Of a DNA stretch of 64,000 bases, positions 36,897 through 45,829 are shown in pieces. The notes under the pieces are model-generated. The model did not search any database. It worked only from the letters and a program-made list of their open reading frames with translations, and was not told the origin of the DNA. The translations under genes and the position numbers were made by a program. Numbering within the stretch: the stretch's first letter is position 1; each line of letters starts with the position of its first letter. The stretch spans positions 8,861-72,860 of the forward strand of contig RPQH01000006.1 of NCBI GenBank assembly GCA_003820375.1, written 5' to 3'. The stretch is from Ignavibacteriota bacterium (GTDB lineage: Bacteria; Bacteroidota; Ignavibacteria; Tepidaquicellales; OLB5).

Positions 36897-38155
36897 AATC
36901 TTATCACAACAGGGAAAAAGGAATTGGAATTTTATATGACGGCGTTTATTTCGTTAACGGAGCAAGAACACCGTTCGGCAAATTCTGCGGAACCCTGGCA
37001 AAAGTTTCACCTACTGATTTAGGTATTTATGCATCAAAAGCAGCATTTAAAAATTCTGCCTTAACTCCTGAAGAAATAGATCAGGTTATTGTCGCAAATA
37101 TAGGTCAGGCATGTACTGACGCATATTTTCTGGCAAGACATATATCACTTTTCAGCGGTGTTCCAATAACGGTACCGGCAATGATGGTTCAAAGGATTTG
37201 TGCATCAGGATTGGAAACAATTAATTCAGCCGCAGAACAAATAACACTTGGAAAAGCTGAAAAAGTTTTGTGCTGCGGAACAGAGAATATGTCACTTGCT
37301 CCCACCGTGAGTTACGGAAACAGGATGGGCTACGGATTGGGGAAAATTGAATTTAAGGATATGCTCTGGGAAGCGCTTGATGATACAGCCTGCGGATATC
37401 CAATGGGTGAAACAGCAGAAAATCTTGCTAAAAAATACAGTATTACACGCCGGGAAATTGATGAATTTGCAAAACAATCCCATGACAGGGCTGCGGAAGC
37501 AGTCCAGAAAGGGTTTTATTGTGATGAGATTTCACCTGTCAGCTCTGAAGTATTTAGTGTTGATGGATTGAAACAAAGGAAAGTAAATCTTCCGAAAAAT
37601 GTAACAGCTTTTAATTCGGATGAAAATATCAGGCAAACTACCGTTGAAGCTCTGGGCAGGCTGCCTTCTGCTTTTATTAAAGACGGAGTACAGACAGCGG
37701 GGAATTCCAGCGGAATTGTAGATGGTGCAGCAGCTGGTATCGTCGCTTCAACTAAAGCTGTTGAAGAATACGGTTTAAAGCCGCTCTCTAAAATTATTGG
37801 CGTTGCTTCATGCGGGGTTGATCCTAAATATATGGGAATCGGTCCTGTTCCCGCAATTGAAATTTTGCTGGAGCTTACCGGATTAAATCTTGATGAAATA
37901 GACCTGTTCGAAATTAATGAAGCTTTTGGTGCTCAATATATTGCATGTGAAAAAGAACTAAATCTTGACAGAAATAAAGTAAACGTTAACGGCGGCGCAA
38001 TTGCAATAGGACATCCTCTTGGTGCAACAGGTATAAGACAGGTTTTAACTCTCTCAAGAGAATTGATTAACAGAAAAGTTAAGTATGGAATAGCAACAGC
38101 CTGTGTTGGCGGAGGACAGGGCACAGCAGTTTTAATTGAAAATATAAATTCATAA
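36893..38155 (+). CDS. acetyl-CoA C-acyltransferase (thiolase)
   Basis: 420 aa. Active-site 'RICASGLETI', 'NVNGGAIAIGHPLGATG' and 'CVGGGQG'. Overlaps the upstream gene by 4 nt. Confidence 0.9.
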   Translation: MKSYHNREKGIGILYDGVYFVNGARTPFGKFCGTLAKVSPTDLGIYASKAAFKNSALTPEEIDQVIVANIGQACTDAYFLARHISLFSGVPITVPAMMVQRICASGLETINSAAEQITLGKAEKVLCCGTENMSLAPTVSYGNRMGYGLGKIEFKDMLWEALDDTACGYPMGETAENLAKKYSITRREIDEFAKQSHDRAAEAVQKGFYCDEISPVSSEVFSVDGLKQRKVNLPKNVTAFNSDENIRQTTVEALGRLPSAFIKDGVQTAGNSSGIVDGAAAGIVASTKAVEEYGLKPLSKIIGVASCGVDPKYMGIGPVPAIEILLELTGLNLDEIDLFEINEAFGAQYIACEKELNLDRNKVNVNGGAIAIGHPLGATGIRQVLTLSRELINRKVKYGIATACVGGGQGTAVLIENINS

Positions 38156-38200
38156 ATAAGAAATCACATAACATAAATTTTTAACCTTAAATAATTTTCA

Positions 38201-39265
38201 ATGGACAATAAGATTTATTCATGGCAAATGACCGAGATGAAGAAAGATTTTCAGTTGACAGAAAAACCATTTCCGGAGCTTAAAGAAGGAATGGCTTTAG
38301 TCCGGGTTTCCGGGTGCGGAGTTTGTCATACTGATTTAAGCTTCTGGTATTTCGGAGTTCAAACCAAACATCCTCTGCCGCTGACTCTTGGACATGAGAT
38401 AAGCGGTACTGTTATTGATGGCCCTGCAGAATGGCTCAACAAAAAAGTAATTATTCCCGCTGTGCTTCCGTGCGGTGAGTGTGATTTATGTAAAAGCGGA
38501 AGAAGCAACATTTGCAGGAAGCAATTAATGCCCGGAAATGATTTTGACGGCGGATTTTCTTCTCACATTGTTGTTCCATACAAGTATTTATGTCCCGTTC
38601 CGGATGAAGTGTTAAAGTGTTATTCAATGGAGCAGCTTTCTGTTATCGCAGATGCAATTTCTACCCCATACCAGGTAATAGAAAAGTCGGAACTTGTGCC
38701 TGGTGACCTTGCAATAACAATAGGTGTCGGTGGCGTAGGAATTTACGGAGCGCAAATTGCTAAAATAAAAGGCGCAAAAGTTATTGCACTCGATATCAAT
38801 GATGACAGGTTAGAAATCGCCAAATCGGTTGGTGCAGATGAAGTATTAAATATCAAAGATATGGATATCAAATCAATAAAAGAAAAGATAAAAGTAATTG
38901 CAAAAGAGCTGAATGCCCCGAAGCACTCATGGAAAATATTTGAGTTTTCCGGTACAAAAGCAGGACAGGAATTAGCTTATAATTTAATAACTTTTGCATC
39001 AACTCTTTCTATAGTTGGTTTTACTCTTGACAGAGTTGAAGTCAGGTTAAGCAATCTTATGGCATTTGATGCCAAACTAATTGGTACATGGGGATGTAAA
39101 CCGGAATTATATCCTGAAGTTGTTGACCTTGTTGCAAAAGATAAAATTAAGCTTAACCGGTTTGTTGAATTATTTCCTTTGTCAAAAATAAACGAGGTGT
39201 TTAAAAATACTTTGGAACATAAATACAGCAAACGTTCAGTACTAATACCTGATTTTAATAATTAA
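38201..39265 (+). CDS. had: Zn-dependent alcohol dehydrogenase, probable 6-hydroxycyclohex-1-ene-1-carbonyl-CoA dehydrogenase
   Basis: 354 aa. 'GCGVCHTDLSFWYFG', 'GHEISG', a structural-Zn Cys cluster 'CGECDLCKSGRSNIC' and Rossmann 'GVGGVGIYGAQ'. It lies directly upstream of the oah-like gene. Confidence 0.7.
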   Translation: MDNKIYSWQMTEMKKDFQLTEKPFPELKEGMALVRVSGCGVCHTDLSFWYFGVQTKHPLPLTLGHEISGTVIDGPAEWLNKKVIIPAVLPCGECDLCKSGRSNICRKQLMPGNDFDGGFSSHIVVPYKYLCPVPDEVLKCYSMEQLSVIADAISTPYQVIEKSELVPGDLAITIGVGGVGIYGAQIAKIKGAKVIALDINDDRLEIAKSVGADEVLNIKDMDIKSIKEKIKVIAKELNAPKHSWKIFEFSGTKAGQELAYNLITFASTLSIVGFTLDRVEVRLSNLMAFDAKLIGTWGCKPELYPEVVDLVAKDKIKLNRFVELFPLSKINEVFKNTLEHKYSKRSVLIPDFNN

Positions 39266-39278
39266 CAAAAAATTTACA

Positions 39279-40379
39279 ATGAAAATACTTAATTCGCATA
39301 ACCTAAACGAAATCCAATATTCAGAAATAATAGTCGAAAAAAGACCATGTCTGCAAAAAGATGGGACTCCGGCAGAAGGGTTATTCAATACATGGATAAT
39401 ATTGAATAATGCCAAACAGTTTAATTCTTATACAACACAGGCAGTCAAAGAAGTTATACTTGCATTCCGTGAAGCTTCAAATGATAGAAGCACAATTGCT
39501 GTTGTTTTTACTGCAGTAGGTGATAAAGCATTTTGTACAGGTGGAAACACTAAAGAGTATGCAGAATATTATGCAGGCAATCCACAGGAATATAAACAAT
39601 ATATGCGGTTATTCAATGATATGGTTTCAGCTATATTAATGTGTGATAAACCTGTTATTAACCGGGTAAACGGCATGCGTATCGGCGGAGGACAGGAAAT
39701 CGGAATGGCTTGTGATTTTTCTATTGCACAGGATTTAGCAAGATTCGGGCAGGCAGGTCCTAAACATGGCAGTGCACCCGATGGCGGCTCAACTGACTTT
39801 CTGCATCTTTTTGTAGGAATTGAAAAAGCTATGTACTCTTGCACAATATGCGATCCCTGGAGTGCACATGAAGCTTTAAGATTTAGCCTTATAACCGAAG
39901 TTGTTCCGGCTTTAAAGCTGGATGGAAAATATATTCCAAATCCTCTTGTACATACCGATAAATGGGTAAATGAGTTTGGACAAATAGTATATGGTACAGC
40001 AAAAAAAGGTGAAGATTTAGCACAGGCAAAAGAATTTTTAAAACAATGTGAAGTAGATTTTACTTTGTTTGATGAAGTAATAGAACGCTACTGTACTAAG
40101 TTAATGTACCTGTTCCCGAATTGTTTAAGCAAGACATTAAATTCATTGAGGAAGAAGAAGCTTGAACACTGGGATAAAAATAAAGAAAGTAACCGTGACT
40201 GGCTTGCATTAAATATGATGACGGAAGCGAAAGCAGGCTTCAAAGCTTTTAATGACGGACCTAAAGATAACAGGGAAGTTGATTTTGTAAGATTAAGGCA
40301 ATTGCTTGCAGGCGGCTGTGAGTGGAGTGATGAGCTTATCAGGGAGATTTCACCTCAATTTCAAAAAGTAAATGATTAA
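39279..40379 (+). CDS. oah: 6-oxocyclohex-1-ene-1-carbonyl-CoA hydrolase (ring-cleaving crotonase, BamA/Oah)
   Basis: 366 aa, long-form crotonase. 'FCTGGNTKEYAEYYAGNPQEYKQYMRLFNDMV...CDKPVINRVNGMRIGGGQEIGMACDFSIAQDLARFGQAGPKHGSAPDGGSTDF' matches my recollection of the conserved BamA/Oah core. Confidence 0.8.
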   Translation: MKILNSHNLNEIQYSEIIVEKRPCLQKDGTPAEGLFNTWIILNNAKQFNSYTTQAVKEVILAFREASNDRSTIAVVFTAVGDKAFCTGGNTKEYAEYYAGNPQEYKQYMRLFNDMVSAILMCDKPVINRVNGMRIGGGQEIGMACDFSIAQDLARFGQAGPKHGSAPDGGSTDFLHLFVGIEKAMYSCTICDPWSAHEALRFSLITEVVPALKLDGKYIPNPLVHTDKWVNEFGQIVYGTAKKGEDLAQAKEFLKQCEVDFTLFDEVIERYCTKLMYLFPNCLSKTLNSLRKKKLEHWDKNKESNRDWLALNMMTEAKAGFKAFNDGPKDNREVDFVRLRQLLAGGCEWSDELIREISPQFQKVND

Positions 40380-40399
40380 CCTTAAAATTAAATTTTAAT

Positions 40400-41173
40400 A
40401 TGAACAAAATTAAATTAGATTATTTGCAAAATGATTCTGTTGCACATATTGTTTTAAATGCACCAAAAGGAAATGTTCTTGATGCAGTTATGATGAACGA
40501 ACTAACAGAAGTATTCAGTGAACTAAAAACAAATAATAATATTAAAGTAATTACATTTGAAGGTGAAGGTAATCATTTTTCATTCGGGGCAAGTGTGGAT
40601 GAGCATAAAAAAGAACTAGCGGCAGCTATGCTAAAGAGCTTCCATGAATTATTTTACAATATCATAAACCTTAGTATTCCAACAATTGCAAAAATATCAG
40701 GACAGTGTCTTGGCGGGGGACTTGAGCTTGCATTAATTTGCAATTTCTTATTTGCAGATAAAACGGCAAAGCTTGGGCAGCCGGAAATAATCCTGGGGGT
40801 ATTCCCGCCGCCGGCTTCTGTAATTCTTCCGTTAAAAATTGGGTCGGCTAAAGCGGAAGAAATTTTATTAACAGGTAAAACTATTTCTGCTGATGAAGCA
40901 AAGGCTATAGGTATTGTGAATGAAGTATTCGAAAATAAAAATATTCTTGAAAATAGTGTAAACGAATTCATAGAAAAAAACCTGCTTCCAAAGAGTGCAT
41001 CATCTTTAAGATATGCTGTGAAAGCGGCAAGATCTAATTTTAATTGCGTACTAAGAGATAACCTGAAAGTTCTTGAATCATTATATGTCAATAAGCTGAT
41101 GGAGACAAATGATGCAAACGAGGGAATTAATTCATTTTTAGAAAAAAGAAAGCCGGTTTGGCAGAATAATTAA
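40400..41173 (+). CDS. dch: enoyl-CoA hydratase family, probable cyclohexa-1,5-diene-1-carbonyl-CoA hydratase
   Basis: 257 aa crotonase fold ('FSFGASVDEH', 'GQCLGGGLELALICNFLFA'). The functional call rests on its position next to had and oah. Confidence 0.6.
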   Translation: MNKIKLDYLQNDSVAHIVLNAPKGNVLDAVMMNELTEVFSELKTNNNIKVITFEGEGNHFSFGASVDEHKKELAAAMLKSFHELFYNIINLSIPTIAKISGQCLGGGLELALICNFLFADKTAKLGQPEIILGVFPPPASVILPLKIGSAKAEEILLTGKTISADEAKAIGIVNEVFENKNILENSVNEFIEKNLLPKSASSLRYAVKAARSNFNCVLRDNLKVLESLYVNKLMETNDANEGINSFLEKRKPVWQNN

Positions 41174-41193
41174 TATATATTTCTAATTAATAA

Positions 41194-43203
41194 ATGAAAA
41201 ATATAAATAATGTAGGAGTTATTGGGGCAGGTACAATGGGCTCAGCTCTTGCTCAAAAGTTTGCACAGGAAGGTTTTTGTGTTACTCTGTGCGATAGAGA
41301 ATCGAAATTCGTTAACAACGGAATTGAAAAAATTAAAAATACTTTGAACGAAGGGGTTGAGAGAAGAATTTTTTCAATAGAGCAAACGGAGAAAATATTA
41401 AATAATATTTCAGGAAGTACAGAATTATCAGACCTTAAAAAATGCGATATTGTTATAGAAGCAATCTTTGAAAATTTTGATGCAAAAATCAATTTATTTA
41501 AGGATTTAAGAGATGTTCTTAATCCGGATACTATAGTTGCAACCAATACTTCATCATATTCTGTTGATGAACTCTCAAACTTTATATCCCAGCCTGAAAG
41601 ATTTATTGGTTTACATTACTTTTATCATGCAGCAAAAAACCGCCTTGTTGAAATAATACCCGGCTCAAAGACTTCTGATGAAGTTATAAAATCCGTTCAG
41701 AATTTTTCAATACTCTCCGGTAAAGACCCGATAATGTGCAAAGATTCATATGGCTTTGTTGTAAACCGTTTCTTTGTACCGTGGTTAAATGAAGCTGTTA
41801 GACTGTTGGATGAGCTAACAGCATCAACGGGAGAAATCGATGCGATTTGCATGAAAGCATTTTCAATTTCCATGGGGCCATTTGCATTAATGAATGCTAC
41901 CGGTGTTCCGATTGCATATCATGCTCAAAAGACGCTGGAAAAATTCGGAGATTTTTATAAAACTTCGGAATTTTTAAAAAGGCAGGCAGAATATAATAAG
42001 CCATGGGATATTGACGAAGCAGATTTAAAGGATATAAGCGAAAATGTTTTTAAAAAAGTAAGTGAAAGAATGCTGGGTGTAGTTTTCCTGGTTTGTTCAC
42101 AAATTCTTGATGAAAAAATTTGTTCTGCAGTTGAAATAAACAGGGGTGCACGAATCGGCTTAAGATGGAGAAGAGGTCCGATTGATCTAATGAAAAAAGC
42201 AGGCAAAGAAAAGGTCGCGGCATTAATTAATAAATTTACAAACAGGTATACTATAGATTTACCAGCTTCAATTGATGAGAAGAATTGGGCAATGGAATAC
42301 GTTAAACTTGAGAAGTTTAATGAAAATGCACTCATAACAATCAACCGTCCTGAGGATATGAATGCGTTGAATGAGGAGATAATGCAGCAGCTTTCCGAAA
42401 AATTTGATTTGGCAGATAATAACCCGGATATTAAAAGAATATTTATTACCGGTTCAGGAAAAGCTTTTGTTGCCGGTGCAGATATTAAGTTCTTTATTGA
42501 TAATATAAAATCAAAAACACTTGATAATATTATTACATTCACAAAATTCGGACAGCGGGTTTTTAATAAGATAGATAATTCCAATAAAACAGTTATATCA
42601 ATTGTTAATGGACTTACACTTGGCGGAGGTCTTGAACTGGCTTTATGCAGTGATATAATTTTAGCATCCCCGAAAGCTGTATTTGCTTTCCCGGAAACCG
42701 GAATTGGTATTTATCCGGGATTAGGCGGAACGCAGAGAACTCCTGTGAAAATAGGTTCAGGTCTTGCAAAATATTTAATTTATACCGGTGATTTTCTAAA
42801 TGCTGCTGAAGCTGAGAAAATCGGTATTGTAAATGCAGTCATTCAGCCGAATGAAGTTATGGATATTGTAACAGGTGTTAAAGAAATTCCGGGTATAATC
42901 TCAGGAAAAAGAATTTCTGATGAAAGGTATTTAACAATTGAAAAGTTTTTTAATAATTTCCCGGTTAATGAATTAATCTGCGGTGAAGCTTATAAAAACA
43001 ATTTACCCGAAGCATTAGCAGAAAAATTAGTTAAAAAGCTTAAGCAAAAGGCTCCTGTTGCATTAAATATTTCAGAGAAGCTTATAAATGAAGCTAAAGG
43101 CTGTGAATCGGAATTAAATTTCCTTGCTTACATTTTCTCAACTTCAGATGCCTTGCTTGGACTCAGCTCGGTAGGAAAGAAAGTTGAATTTTCGGGTAAG
43201 TAA
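41194..43203 (+). CDS. bifunctional 3-hydroxyacyl-CoA dehydrogenase / enoyl-CoA hydratase
   Basis: 669 aa. N-terminal 'VGVIGAGTMGSALAQ' NAD Rossmann (3HCDH). C-terminal crotonase 'ITINRPEDMNALN...GSGKAFVAGADIKFF...GLTLGGGLELALCSD'. Confidence 0.85.
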   Translation: MKNINNVGVIGAGTMGSALAQKFAQEGFCVTLCDRESKFVNNGIEKIKNTLNEGVERRIFSIEQTEKILNNISGSTELSDLKKCDIVIEAIFENFDAKINLFKDLRDVLNPDTIVATNTSSYSVDELSNFISQPERFIGLHYFYHAAKNRLVEIIPGSKTSDEVIKSVQNFSILSGKDPIMCKDSYGFVVNRFFVPWLNEAVRLLDELTASTGEIDAICMKAFSISMGPFALMNATGVPIAYHAQKTLEKFGDFYKTSEFLKRQAEYNKPWDIDEADLKDISENVFKKVSERMLGVVFLVCSQILDEKICSAVEINRGARIGLRWRRGPIDLMKKAGKEKVAALINKFTNRYTIDLPASIDEKNWAMEYVKLEKFNENALITINRPEDMNALNEEIMQQLSEKFDLADNNPDIKRIFITGSGKAFVAGADIKFFIDNIKSKTLDNIITFTKFGQRVFNKIDNSNKTVISIVNGLTLGGGLELALCSDIILASPKAVFAFPETGIGIYPGLGGTQRTPVKIGSGLAKYLIYTGDFLNAAEAEKIGIVNAVIQPNEVMDIVTGVKEIPGIISGKRISDERYLTIEKFFNNFPVNELICGEAYKNNLPEALAEKLVKKLKQKAPVALNISEKLINEAKGCESELNFLAYIFSTSDALLGLSSVGKKVEFSGK

Positions 43204-43238
43204 CAGGTGATGTATATTTCTTCTTTGTATATAAAGCT

Positions 43239-43268
43239 AAAGCCCATTAATTCATTAACGGGCTTTTT
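43239..43268 (+). terminator. rho-independent terminator closing the aromatic operon
   Basis: aaagcccattaa-ttca-ttaacgggcttt followed by tt. It sits between convergent genes, 36 nt after the stop at 43203. Confidence 0.6.
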
Positions 43269-43297
43269 CAAGAAGATACCGTTTTAAAGACAGGTTA

Positions 43298-44566
43298 TTA
43301 CTTCAGTTTATGTAAAGCATCCTTCATTGCAATGGAAGCGTCATGAGCATCCTGCACACTGCATGTTCCGACCGAGAGTCTGTACCAGGGCGATTCTTTT
43401 GATGCACCAAAAGCATAAAAGGGAACTAATGCTGTTTTTGCTTCATCAAGAACATATTTCAATACATCATCCGTTGATTTAAGGATGTTCCCGCCCGGTG
43501 TTTTCATACCGTTAAGCTCCAGCTTCACAGTCAGGTACATAGCCCCTTGCGGTGATATTGCATCAACTTTATAACCTTCGCTTTTCAATTGTGTGAATGT
43601 ATCATAAAAAATATTTAGCCGCTTTATCAGCTCGTTTTTAAAATTCATGAAGTATTTATCAACATCGTCTTTTTTCTTTAAGAACCTGGCAAGCCCAATT
43701 TGTTCAGGTTTTGGAGCCCATGCACCTATATGCGACATTATCGTATTCATTTTATCTATTACCGGTTGAGGACCAAAAGCCCAGCCAACCCGAACGCCGG
43801 TTGCTGCAAAACATTTAGATATTCCGTCAATGAAAATTATATAGTCTCTTATTTCCGGGCAAAGCTCAACCGGGTTAAAATGTTTTATTTCGCCATACGT
43901 AAGTATCCAATAGATCTGGTCGAAAAATAAGTAGATTGGCTTTTTACCTTTGCCGCGTCTTTTATTCTCTTCTACTACCATTTCGCATATCTTTCTCAAT
44001 TCATCTTTTGTAAAAGCTGTCCCGGAAGGATTTAACGGTGAGTTAAGGGCTATCAAAGATGCTTCGTTGATATATGGTTTCATCGAATCAGCAGTAGGCA
44101 CAAAGTTTGTTTCGGGGGATGTTTCTATTGGAGCACCTTTTCCGCCGGAAAGCTGTACATAACAATTATTGTTCCATGAAGGTGCAGGATAAATAATCGT
44201 ATCACCGGGATCAACAATAGCCATGAACATAGAGTAGGTTAGCGGTCTTGCACCTGCCCCGATAAGTATTTCGGAAGGTTTGTAATCTATTCCCCCCCGC
44301 TCTTTAAGAAATTCTGATATTGCCTCACGTGTAATTTTTACCCCGTTTGAAGGCGGGTAGTTTGTCTGGTCTTCACAATAAGCTTTGATTATTTCTTCTC
44401 TTAATCCCAGAGGTATGGGGAAAACCTTTGGTGAAAAATCACCGATTGTTAAGTTAAATATTTTTTCCCCTTTTTCAATTCTTTTGTTGATTGCTCCTGA
44501 TATTTTCCTGATTTCCGAACCGATCAGGTTTTGAGCAGTTTGTGATAATATATATTCTGTTAACAT
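43298..44566 (-). CDS. class I/II pyridoxal-phosphate aminotransferase
   Basis: 422 aa. 'NSPLNPSG' and the PLP-lysine block 'DGISKCFAATGVRVGW'. Confidence 0.85.
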   Translation of the reverse strand: MLTEYILSQTAQNLIGSEIRKISGAINKRIEKGEKIFNLTIGDFSPKVFPIPLGLREEIIKAYCEDQTNYPPSNGVKITREAISEFLKERGGIDYKPSEILIGAGARPLTYSMFMAIVDPGDTIIYPAPSWNNNCYVQLSGGKGAPIETSPETNFVPTADSMKPYINEASLIALNSPLNPSGTAFTKDELRKICEMVVEENKRRGKGKKPIYLFFDQIYWILTYGEIKHFNPVELCPEIRDYIIFIDGISKCFAATGVRVGWAFGPQPVIDKMNTIMSHIGAWAPKPEQIGLARFLKKKDDVDKYFMNFKNELIKRLNIFYDTFTQLKSEGYKVDAISPQGAMYLTVKLELNGMKTPGGNILKSTDDVLKYVLDEAKTALVPFYAFGASKESPWYRLSVGTCSVQDAHDASIAMKDALHKLK

Positions 44567-44721
44567 AATCTCCTGATAAAGTTAGTTACTCATAAACAAA
44601 TATAATCATCAAAGTACTTTATAAATATGCAGAATCCCGGGTGAGGTGTAAAAGTTATAAAATTCTGTACATAGATTTTCATATAAAAATTTCTTATTTT
44701 TGGGGTTACAGCTACAGATTT

Positions 44722-44796
44722 CGGGGTGTGGCTCAGCCCGGTTAGAGCGCCTGGTTCGGGACCAGGAGGTCGGAAGTTCGAATCTTCTCACCCCGA
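44722..44796 (+). tRNA. tRNA-Pro (anticodon CGG)
   Basis: Hand-folded cloverleaf: acceptor CGGGGTG/CACCCCG, D-stem GCTC/GAGC, anticodon stem CCTGG/CCAGG with loop TTCGGGA, T-arm GGAAG-TTCGAAT-CTTCT, discriminator A. CCA is not encoded. Confidence 0.9.
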
Positions 44797-44811
44797 CAAA
44801 AAACGACAATA

Positions 44812-44847
44812 ATAGCTCGGAACAAAGTTTTTCCGAGCTATTTTTTT
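44812..44847 (+). terminator. rho-independent terminator after tRNA-Pro
   Basis: atagctcggaa-caaagttt-ttccgagctat: an 11-bp perfect stem running into a 7-T tract. Confidence 0.65.
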
Positions 44848-44858
44848 CTGCTTTTTTG

Positions 44859-45098
44859 TGTCAGTAAAAGTGTCAGCGATTTTGTAGCGATGGTGTGAAA
44901 AACAAGTAAAAAATCGGCAAATTTGGGAAGGGTTTTTAAATGAAAACAGCGGAAACACAATGATTTTCGCCATTTCATATCATTCGGGGGGATGAGCTTA
45001 AAAAACCTCAAAAACAGCCAAAAATCACTCTTATACCGCACCGAAAATCCTCATTTAAAGCGGAATTTTAAAGGGTGTTACTGACACTTTCACTGACA
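44859..45098. repeat. 240-bp element bounded by 18-bp inverted repeats, each arm holding two GTGTCAG heptamers
   Basis: The left arm tgtcagtaaaagtgtcag (44859-44876) and right arm ctgacactttcactgaca (45081-45098) are reverse complements with one mismatch. No credible ORF lies between them. Confidence 0.6.
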
Positions 45099-45215
45099 GT
45101 TTTGTAATAACAATAATTGAAAAAAATGCCTGAAATCATTCATGAAACCTTCTAACATTTTCATTAAACTTTCATTCTTAATCCAAAAGCATAAACTAAA
45201 TTTGTTTAAAATTTC

Positions 45216-45803
45216 CTACATAATCTCTCTGGCTTTTATTTTTGGTTTTGCAGATTTTCTTCCCCATATAGCTACACCATAATGATCTGAAAAGTGAATA
45301 GTTTTATCGTTGGGTCCGTATGATTCTTTATCATACCACCTTGCATCAAGCTCTTTAATTTTTATGTAACCTATGGTTCTGTTAAGTGAAGGATCTTCAA
45401 AATAAATGTTATCTTTATCGTATCCGATAGCAACCAGCCAATGTCCGTTTTTACAATCTTTTTTCCGTAATTCATAGCTGCGTTTATCGCCCCATGCCTG
45501 AACCATTATCATAACAGTTTTCCTGGCATCAATACATCTTTTTAACCTGCTTATAGTCATTCTTCGGTATTCTTTATATTTTAATCCTATTTTCCTGACT
45601 GCATTAATTATCTGGTATGGGTCTGAGCCCGAATCATCCAGGTTCATCAATTCTGAAACAAATTTTTCATTTACCGGGATATCACTGTAATAATTTATTA
45701 TGGATACTAAAGCGGCTGCACCGCATGAATAATCAGACTCCTGATATACATTAGGTACAGGAATTTTGATCTTTGTAATTGGGATACTTTTTATTTTAAT
45801 CAT
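45216..45803 (-). CDS. papain-like cysteine peptidase, C39-like
   Basis: 195 aa. 'QESDYSCGAAALVSIINYY' (catalytic-Cys block typical of Peptidase_C39-like domains) and 'NGHWLVAIGYD' (His block). It is the last gene of the injection-system operon. Confidence 0.6.
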   Translation of the reverse strand: MIKIKSIPITKIKIPVPNVYQESDYSCGAAALVSIINYYSDIPVNEKFVSELMNLDDSGSDPYQIINAVRKIGLKYKEYRRMTISRLKRCIDARKTVMIMVQAWGDKRSYELRKKDCKNGHWLVAIGYDKDNIYFEDPSLNRTIGYIKIKELDARWYDKESYGPNDKTIHFSDHYGVAIWGRKSAKPKIKAREIM

Positions 45804-45829
45804 ACTATTTTTTAAGTGAACTAACTTGT

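Noticed and set aside
27053-43930. Short ORFs inside or antisense to the aromatic-cluster genes and the aminotransferase (e.g. 27053-27244, 27830-28175, 28446-28640, 30383-30595, 31762-32094, 32968-33341, 33824-34775, 35531-35924, 37292-37571, 37933-38124, 38977-39231, 39569-39844, 40654-41091, 41253-41546, 41955-42584, 43700-44162).
   Set aside because: All overlap well-supported enzyme genes, and none has independent support.
44609-45041. ORFs 44609-44809, 44788-44973 and 44838-45041 (-).
   Set aside because: They overlap the tRNA-Pro gene, its terminator and the inverted-repeat element, so they are almost certainly non-coding. The 'DTFTD' peptide strings simply reflect the CTGACA repeats.
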